Assembly (NCBI GenBank): GCA_964016885.1
Contig: OZ024740.1
Span: 178,684,001-178,748,000, forward strand
Direction: 5' to 3'
Length of the DNA stretch: 64,000 nt
Origin: Eledone cirrhosa
Taxonomy: Eukaryota
Shown piece by piece: positions 56,213-64,000 of this stretch (position 1 is the first letter of the stretch; each line of letters opens with the position of its first letter). The notes beneath the pieces are model-generated. The model was not told the DNA's origin. It did not search any database and was given only the letters and a program-made list of their open reading frames with translations. A program made the translations under genes and the position numbers.

Positions 56213-56645
56213 TAAAATAAAGTAAAATAAAAAGTCAAATGTTTAAAATTTAGCTTCGTTTATTACTGCTATATATATTTCGGTGACAGCCATCTTTGGC
56301 TGTGACCTCTTCAGGCAGTGCGAATTAGTGTGGTATAGACAAGTACATATGTTGTTGAGGTGTATAATTTTGTCAATACTCTGATATGCCCAGTTCCTGG
56401 TTGGGTTGTTATTTCACTGAGGAACTGGAAGCATATGATTCCAGTTCCTCAGTGAAATAACAACCCAACCAGGAAATGGGCATATCAGAGTATTGACAAA
56501 ATTATACACCTCAACAACATATGTACTTGTCTATACCACTGCCTGGAGAGGTCACAGCCAAAGATGGCTGTCACCGAAATATATAAAGCAGTAATAAACG
56601 AAGCTAAATTTTAAACATTTGACTTTTTATTTTACTTTATTTTAT
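56213..56645. mobile_element. Fold-back element family L (about 210 bp arms, 8 bp loop)
   Basis: Palindrome centred at about 56434. Left homology extends to about 56170 and matches 52040-52085 in reverse. Confidence 0.88.
56265..56319 (-). ncRNA. Type I hammerhead ribozyme (canonical core)
   Basis: ACUGC-CUGAAGA-GGU-C-ACAGCCA-AAGA-UGGCUGU-C-ACC-GAAA-UAUAU-AUA^GCAGU. The mirror copy at 56538-56592 is mutated (CUGGAGA). Confidence 0.88.
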
Positions 56646-56784
56646 ATATATATATAGAGAGAGAGAGAAAAAAAGAGTGCTCTATGTAGGTAACAGGATT
56701 TTTCATTCTGAGGATTGAAAGCAAAATCTTTTGCTTTTAAGAAACCACTGGTAAATGGAATAATTGCCTTATGTTTTTATTACA

Positions 56785-56820
<36 letters not shown>

Positions 56821-56824
<4 letters not shown>

Positions 56825-56916
56825 CTTTGCCCATCATTCTTACGGGGTCGATAAAATAAAGTACCAGTAATGCACTGGGTAATTGCTGGCCTTGTGCTGA
56901 AAGTAGAAACAATTAT
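56821..56916 (+). mobile_element. SINE family 1, 3' half
   Basis: ttaactttgcc..ggggtcgataaaataaagtaccagt..agaaacaatt. Confidence 0.82.
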
Positions 56917-57037
56917 ATATATATATAGAGAGAGAGAGAGAGAAAGAGAGAGACACAGACATACAGAGAAAGAGAGAGAGACTTATATACATACATATAT
57001 GTATGTGAATATATATGTGTGTGAGTGTGTGTGTATT

Positions 57038-57070
<33 letters not shown>

Positions 57071-57438
57071 CTGTGTCTGTGTCTGTTTGTGTGCATGTGC
57101 GTGTGTGTGTGTCTGTGTCTGTTTGTGCGCGTGTGTGTGTGTGTAATTAGAAAAAATTCAAGAGGTAGAGATATAATCTCTTTTTGATATATTCAACATA
57201 TTCAAGAGGAGCCAACGGTAAAATCTCACAGATTTTCAAAAGCCATTAATGCAGCTGAAGCTTTTTTTATCCGTTCTATTACCATGGTACATCGATAGCA
57301 CACACAAATATAGAAAGATAAAATATACAAACGCATACACACACACATACACACACATTATCACACATACACACACACACACATGCTCACATACACACAC
57401 TCTCACACACACACATATATATAGAGATATGATATATA

Positions 57439-57496
<58 letters not shown>

Positions 57497-57620
57497 AAAA
57501 TTAAGATAAATTAAATGAATTTAATCTAAATCAAAATTATGGGTGTCATGCTAGAAAGACATGCGCCATATCACCCGGAAAATAAGCTCTAAGATTCTAA
57601 TGAGTAGGTCCGAGCATTTT

Positions 57621-58327
57621 ATAATAACTGGAAATTGATTAACATATATATAAACATGAATAATCACAGGAGATAATTTTTACAAGTGTGTAATCACACA
57701 TAGCCGATAGGTAACTAAATAAAGTTGACTAGAACTTCGAAAATAGATACCTTATAATATGATTAATCTTCCCTGTATACATTCCATTAAAGAAATATAT
57801 TTCACCAATTAATCAGATGGTAAACCACGGAAGTGGAGATTTGGATTTTCAACAAGGAAGAAATTTTCAACAGCAGTCGAGTCCTTTCAACTTTATGTTT
57901 GTTGAAGGACTCCTTTCAACTTTATGTTTGTTGAAAGGACTCGACTGCTGTTTCTAGTTGTCGATAACCCTATTCATGCCACTGGGACGAAGCTACTGTG
58001 ATGTGTGTATTTATAGTAAATACTACACGTGGTAATAGCCAGTTGCAGATTTGAACTTGAAGTGTAAGCGCGGATAGCTGGAAATTTCTTCTTTGTTGAA
58101 AATCCAAATCTCTACTTCCGTGGTTTACCATCTGATTAATTGGTGAAATATATTTCTTTAATGTAATATATACAAGGAAGATTAATCATATTATAAGGTA
58201 TCTATTTTCGAAGTTCTAGTCAACTTTATTTAGTTACCTATCGGCTATGTGTGATTACACACTTGTAAAAATTATCTCCTGTGATTATTCATGTTTATAT
58301 ATATGTTAATCAATTTCTAGTTATAAT
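57621..58327. repeat. Inverted repeat (245 bp arms) with a nested hairpin and duplication at 57869-57952
   Basis: 57621-57866 is the reverse complement of 58082-58327. Confidence 0.9.
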
Positions 58328-58404
58328 TATATATATATAAATATATATAATAGTAGAACACTGGAGGGTGATATCCGTAGTAGTAGTTCATGGGACGAGT
58401 TTGG

Positions 58405-58553
58405 TAGAAGTAGTTCCACAACAGTAAGTTCACCATAGCGAGAGACAAATGATTCGCCTTATGCGAATCATCAGCTGAGCTAAGCTGATGATCCGCATAA
58501 GGTGAAACATTTGTTCGCGGTATGGTGAACTAACTGTTGTGGAACTACTTCTA
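58405..58553. mobile_element. Fold-back element family N with head-to-head hammerhead-like cores
   Basis: Palindrome next to (TA)n. CUGAUGA-U-CC-GCAUAA-GG-U-GAAA-CAUUU-GUU at 58485-58515. Confidence 0.72.
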
Positions 58554-58703
58554 TATATATATGTATAATATATATATATATATATAATACATATATATAT
58601 AATATATATGTATAATACATATATAATATATATATATGTATATACATACATAATATATATATATGTATATACATACATATTACAATATATGTATATATAT
58701 ACG

Positions 58704-58802
<99 letters not shown>

Positions 58803-60292
58803 TTAAGGATACTATTTATGGTTATGTATACACTAAAACCTTTTATAGTCATATATATTTTAAACCCTAAACAATGAAAGACAGTAATTTATTACTACCT
58901 TATTACCAGTAAGATAAATAGCTCAATGTAATAACATCAGTTGTTCTACAGAGCAGTTATATAGAAATTACATCAATCAAAGTTCTGTTCAAATCATTTA
59001 CTCGCTTACAATCGTTTCTTCCAAACCGAGGTTTGGAGTCTTCGGAGCAATTTTTCAATGATTGTTTACATACTTGACCTCCTTTTCAACACAAGAGACA
59101 TACAGAAACATATGTATATATTGATGCACAGTGGGTTGTCATCCATTATAATATTTAAGTATGGCAGTTTACATTTAAAGATTAAAGTCATATCAAAAGA
59201 AAATTACAACAAAATTAAAGTTATAATACAACATTGGCAGGTTATGAAGATGATGCAGGAGGATAGTTAGAAGTAGTTAGTTACACGTGGGGCATGCGCG
59301 TGTGTCCTATTTATATAAGATTATAGTGCGGTAAGGTGTTATATGGAATATAAGCACTTTAAGCGGGCAATCAAGAGTATTATGGGGGTTGTATAGTATT
59401 TTATATGTATGATATAGAAGCTTGTGTGCAGATATATATATATATATATTCAGTTGCACTAACATGGTTCATAGTAGGGGTGCAAATGAATGCATATACA
59501 ATGTTTTTATCAATAATATTTATGAATATTAAACATAAACGTCTCTCCCTCTGAATATCTCAATCCAAGGTCTTGTCACGGCTTACTCAGAATCCAGTGA
59601 GAATGCAATACAGGTGTTTTAGGATTTCTGTCCGTTATCTTTCTGTCCATATTTTTCCCTCGGTTCTGACACACGTTTCAAAATATTTACTGGACGGGCC
59701 TGGCGTACATCATATATGTACTTCTCGAGATTATCTAGAACCGGCAATGCTCACCACTGATTTGTTGAAGTTTTTCATAGCCTGCAAGATAGCCAGGATA
59801 GCCTATTCAATTTATCTTTGTCGATGTCACGAGTCTTATGTTAAAAACATCGAAGCCCTTACCCATGACTAATCTAGTCGTTCATAGAATGGAAGGATTG
59901 ATATACCACCTCCTGCATTAGTCGACGGATAGAGAATGGTGAATGCCTGCAAACATTCCCAGTAATAATGATAATAGAGCAAAAAAAAATAAAAAAATAA
60001 AATTTTTTAATTCAGAAACACGCCAAACTAAATATCGATTTTATCCTGTGTAATTAATGAAAATAAATGTTTAAGATAAAATCGATTTTATATGTTTGTT
60101 TAAAGTTGATGTTCTTTTTATTGCAGTTAATGTTGTTCTTATTGCTGTTACTATTTTTGTTTTCATTCTTATTGTTCATGCTCCATCCTTATTATGTATC
60201 ATTTTGTTTTCTTTCTTTCTTTCTTTTTCTTTCTTAATTATCCCAAGCAAATGATAATGACAAATGTTTCTCGGTTTACCGAAGTGAGACCA

Positions 60293-60318
60293 AAACAACA
60301 ACAACAACGACAACAACA

Positions 60319-60382
<64 letters not shown>
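60293..60382. repeat. (AAC)n/(AAT)n microsatellite
   Basis: Read directly. Confidence 0.95.
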
Positions 60383-60384
<2 letters not shown>

Positions 60385-63300
60385 CTGATGATAGTTATGA
60401 TGGTGATGATTACAATGATGATACTAATGATAATGACGAGGAGGAAGAGGAGGAGACAGAGTAAAGGGATTAAACAAATATAACAAATTAACCTCTTGAC
60501 ATAAAATCTTAAATGAAACACTAGCGACAAGTTGGCTGGGATATGCGCCGACAGTGCAGAAAAAGCTAATTGCTGCATTGTTGTTCCGCAATGCAAGCAT
60601 TTTAGTGATCAATCCAATCACCTTGATAGCCTTTATCACGTATAGATTTACACAAACAAGAATTAAAATGTTCACTCGTATTTTTGTTGTTTATTTCTAA
60701 TCATATTGATTTTCATCTTAAGCATAAGACCGCGCGAATTTTATTTTATTTTGTAAGGAAAAAGCAGTAGCATTAACTGAAGTATTTATTTATATAATAT
60801 GGCAATTGGTGAACAACAGCGTTGTTTGTTATGTGTCGGCAGTGGACCAGTCACTGGTTCAAAATATTAACAATTCGTTAACATCATTGCTGTGTATCAG
60901 AGTTTTGGAGATATCCAAATCGGTGTAGAGGTTCGGATGGTGATATGGCCTGTTATATGATTTGGCGTAGATGAGTTTGGAATGTTAGTAGAAAATTGCA
61001 AGCTAAATAATTTTCTTAGATAGGTCAGAGCAAAGAAGTGTCAAATAATATGTGCGTCACTTTAGCAAGATATAAATAGATATTATTTTATGGGGACGGA
61101 TGGGGCGCATGAATAAATAAAATGATCACATTGTAGAGCTAGTTTAGGGTGTCAAATACCTAAGCCGTTGCCTCTGTATACAATATATATCTAAATATAG
61201 AATTGAACTCAGCAGTACAAGCTAAAGAAGTAAGTCTGAATTTTATACAGTACTACCATTTCTGAGAGCAATTAGTTGTTCGATCCTGTATGTTCTATTT
61301 GAAGAAATATAGATAGACTGAACAACTTGAGAGTTATGCGTTGTAACTAAAAATCCACATTATCGAAGTTGATAATATATGAACTGTCGACCTTTCCATC
61401 ATTCTAGACAGCATCAATTGAAGTAAAATTCTCTTAAGACACATTAGTTACTAAAGCGAAAAGGTTAGAAAAAATAAGCAAGGAAATAATTAAAAAGAAA
61501 GCAAAGAAGGCAAGTGATAATATGAAACAAAATTAATTGATTAGTAATTTTTGTATTAAAGAAATAAAAAGATACTGGGAGAGTTTTGAGATAATGAAAC
61601 CCCAAGACAATGTAATGAATTTTCAATGACAATAAAACACGTGTATAATTTATTCTTATAACAGGCATTTTGTGTATAATGTTGTCGTTTCGTTGGTTCA
61701 TTACCATTCCAATGGTGAGACTGAAAAGAGAGTTTCAGTGCAATTCGGGCAATAAATATTATTAGGTAATTTTGTTCGGATTTATAAATGTTTCTGTTTC
61801 TTTTCGTTGCCGATGTATAAATGTATATGCTGATATATATTAGCGAAATATACACACAAACATCTTTCTGATATAGTGCTTTTCTTGTTGATACAGTTGT
61901 ATAGGTCAGCCCTGATTGAGCTGAACTATGATCAAAGTGTTTCTAGCTCTCACCATCCAATTCCTTTTTTAAAATATAGTGCATCTAAGATTGCGCAATC
62001 GAATGATTTAAGACGAAAGAATAGCATTTGAGAGAGATTTGGTTGATAATACTATCCCATCTATCAACATGTGGAGACTCCCACACCGCTTCATTTATCT
62101 AGGTTATTGTTCTTGCTTTTGTTTATCCCAAAGTCGGATCGGATTATGGGTATTTATCAAAAGGATTCCTGTGTTAATGAGGCTGTGGTGAATTGGCTGC
62201 AATATTAGGTTGAACAATCACGTGTAGGCTTCCTCATACTTTCGGTCACGTTATCATTACAAGTACATCTGGTGTCAAAATCACCTTTTCTACTCTAACT
62301 GTTGCTGTAAAATGTGGCAGGTCCGGTCTAAAATATAAATAATTAACTTTCCAGTAAGTATTACGCGATTAGTTTAAACAGTAGAATAGCAAGTTACACT
62401 ATCCAAAAACACAAAAGAAACCGTCATATTAGCTATACATTTATTTTGGTTGAATATCAGTGAACAGGTAGGGTGTGATTTTTTCAGAGGGATTTAGCTG
62501 TTCTTTCTAACAAGTTGTACATGCGTGTACAGTCTGTCTCGTTTGTCTATTTAGTCGATCATATTTAATATTTAACAATCCTCTACCATTGAATGCTCAT
62601 TAATGCGGGTTGTTCTACACAATATCATAACAAAGAATAAAATAAAACAGATTCAGCTGGATTGATCATATTGAGCAGTCCAACCAAAATTGCCCTAAAC
62701 TTACAGAGATTGAATTGCTGTTTTGTCAGAATAAATCAATAATTTTGTAACACATTAACAAACTTAACATGATCAAATCCAGGATTTACATTATCGTTTA
62801 CATTATATATATTTATTTTTCCTTTTAATTAACTATATTGTAGCAATGTCAGATTTTATCTTTAGTTTTATTAATGACCAGCAGAAATATAAACAGCAAA
62901 TCGATATTTTAAACATATCGATTTCGGAAGCAAGTTTCCAATTTTTTATCACGTGTTTTACAAGAAATAATCTCTTGTTATACAATATTTAATCTCTTTT
63001 CCCAAACACACCAGCAACAATTATAGAATGTTAATATCATTTAGAAATATAAAAGCCTCGGACATATGCCACATAGTATTTGACCTGGATCTTATCCTTC
63101 TGAGATCAAATGACGCCAGAACTAATAATATAAAACCAAAAGGAAACTACACTGATGCCTGTGTTTTTATTGGCAGCCTGACAATAAATGTTTCAACACA
63201 ATTTTCCACTAAGAAATTTGCAAAACAAATAAAAAGACGATATATATATATTAAAAAAATGTAGGCATAACTAAAAGAGCAAGCAACACATAATGAGGAA

Positions 63301-63482
63301 ATTAAATGATGCCGATGGGTCGCGAATCCTCTTCCCGCCATGACTCGGAATCTGGCAAGCGAGCCGCACCTCATTCGCCTTCATCACAAGGATGAAGCCG
63401 TTGACCACTTGAAAGATTGTTACCAAGATGACAAAGGAGTCTCATCTACCCCAGATTTGAAATCCGACTGATCTTACTAGGC

Positions 63483-63592
63483 AGAAGAAGAAGAAGAAGA
63501 AGAAGAAGAAGAAGAAGAAGAAGAAGAAGAAGAAGAAGAAGAGAAGAAGAAGAAGAAGAAGAAGAAGAAGAAGAAGAAGAAGAAGAAGAAGA
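63483..63592. repeat. (GAA)n microsatellite
   Basis: Read directly. Confidence 0.97.
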
Positions 63593-64000
63593 AATTGATC
63601 GACAAGATCCCAGACCTCATTCACTTACCGATTGCGGTGGAGGGCCACAAATCGGACCAAGAAACAATGACGAAGTAGAAGAGAGAATTATTTGAAATTT
63701 TACTTCTAGTTATAAGATACCAATAGTAAATATAGCACTTGAAACTTGCGTAATAGCGATATTTTATTTTCTAGCATAAAAAACGTAAACGGCATTTCAA
63801 ATAATCTTCATAAGATCATGTCTACATACTTTTGCATCTGTATGCGTGTGTTCGTATATATATATATATATATATAAATACCAGGAGTACTTTTGTGATA
63901 TAAATTATCAGTTCAGAAAATTAAAAAGAAACAGGGGTAATTGTAAAGAACTATTACCGATGACTAAAACTGCTGATGGTGGATGTCATCGGTGATATTT

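Noticed and set aside
56417-56458. CUGAGGA..GAAA across the apex of palindrome L
   Set aside because: The pairing is just the palindrome centre, with no stem I or stem III geometry.

Overview
AT-rich, microsatellite-dense animal DNA. The repeat inventory suggests a coleoid cephalopod such as Octopus, but this is inference. No complete host gene was found, only two candidate exons (34263-34370, 37228-37307). The first 30 kb is a cluster of decayed non-LTR retrotransposons: three L1/Tx1-type copies (AP endonuclease), three R4/Dong-type copies (restriction-like endonuclease), RTE fragments and tRNA-derived SINEs. Most visible termini of the Tx1, Dong and family-1 SINE copies lie in (ATT/AAT)n. 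The rest holds a 3.4 kb palindromic Penelope-like element (RT plus GIY-YIG) and a DD37D/maT transposon. The main signal, invisible in the ORF track, is about 12 non-coding elements from at least 7 families between 11.9 and 58.6 kb, mostly bounded by (TA)n. They occur as 440-680 bp monomers in partial tandem with an inverted arm, or as fold-back palindromes. Together with the Penelope arms they carry about 20 type-I hammerhead ribozyme cores (CUGANGA...GAAA...NUH), several intact with a palindromic stem III. This looks like a retrozyme-like ecosystem mobilised by Penelope. All alignments and folds were done by eye, so coordinates may be off by a few bases.
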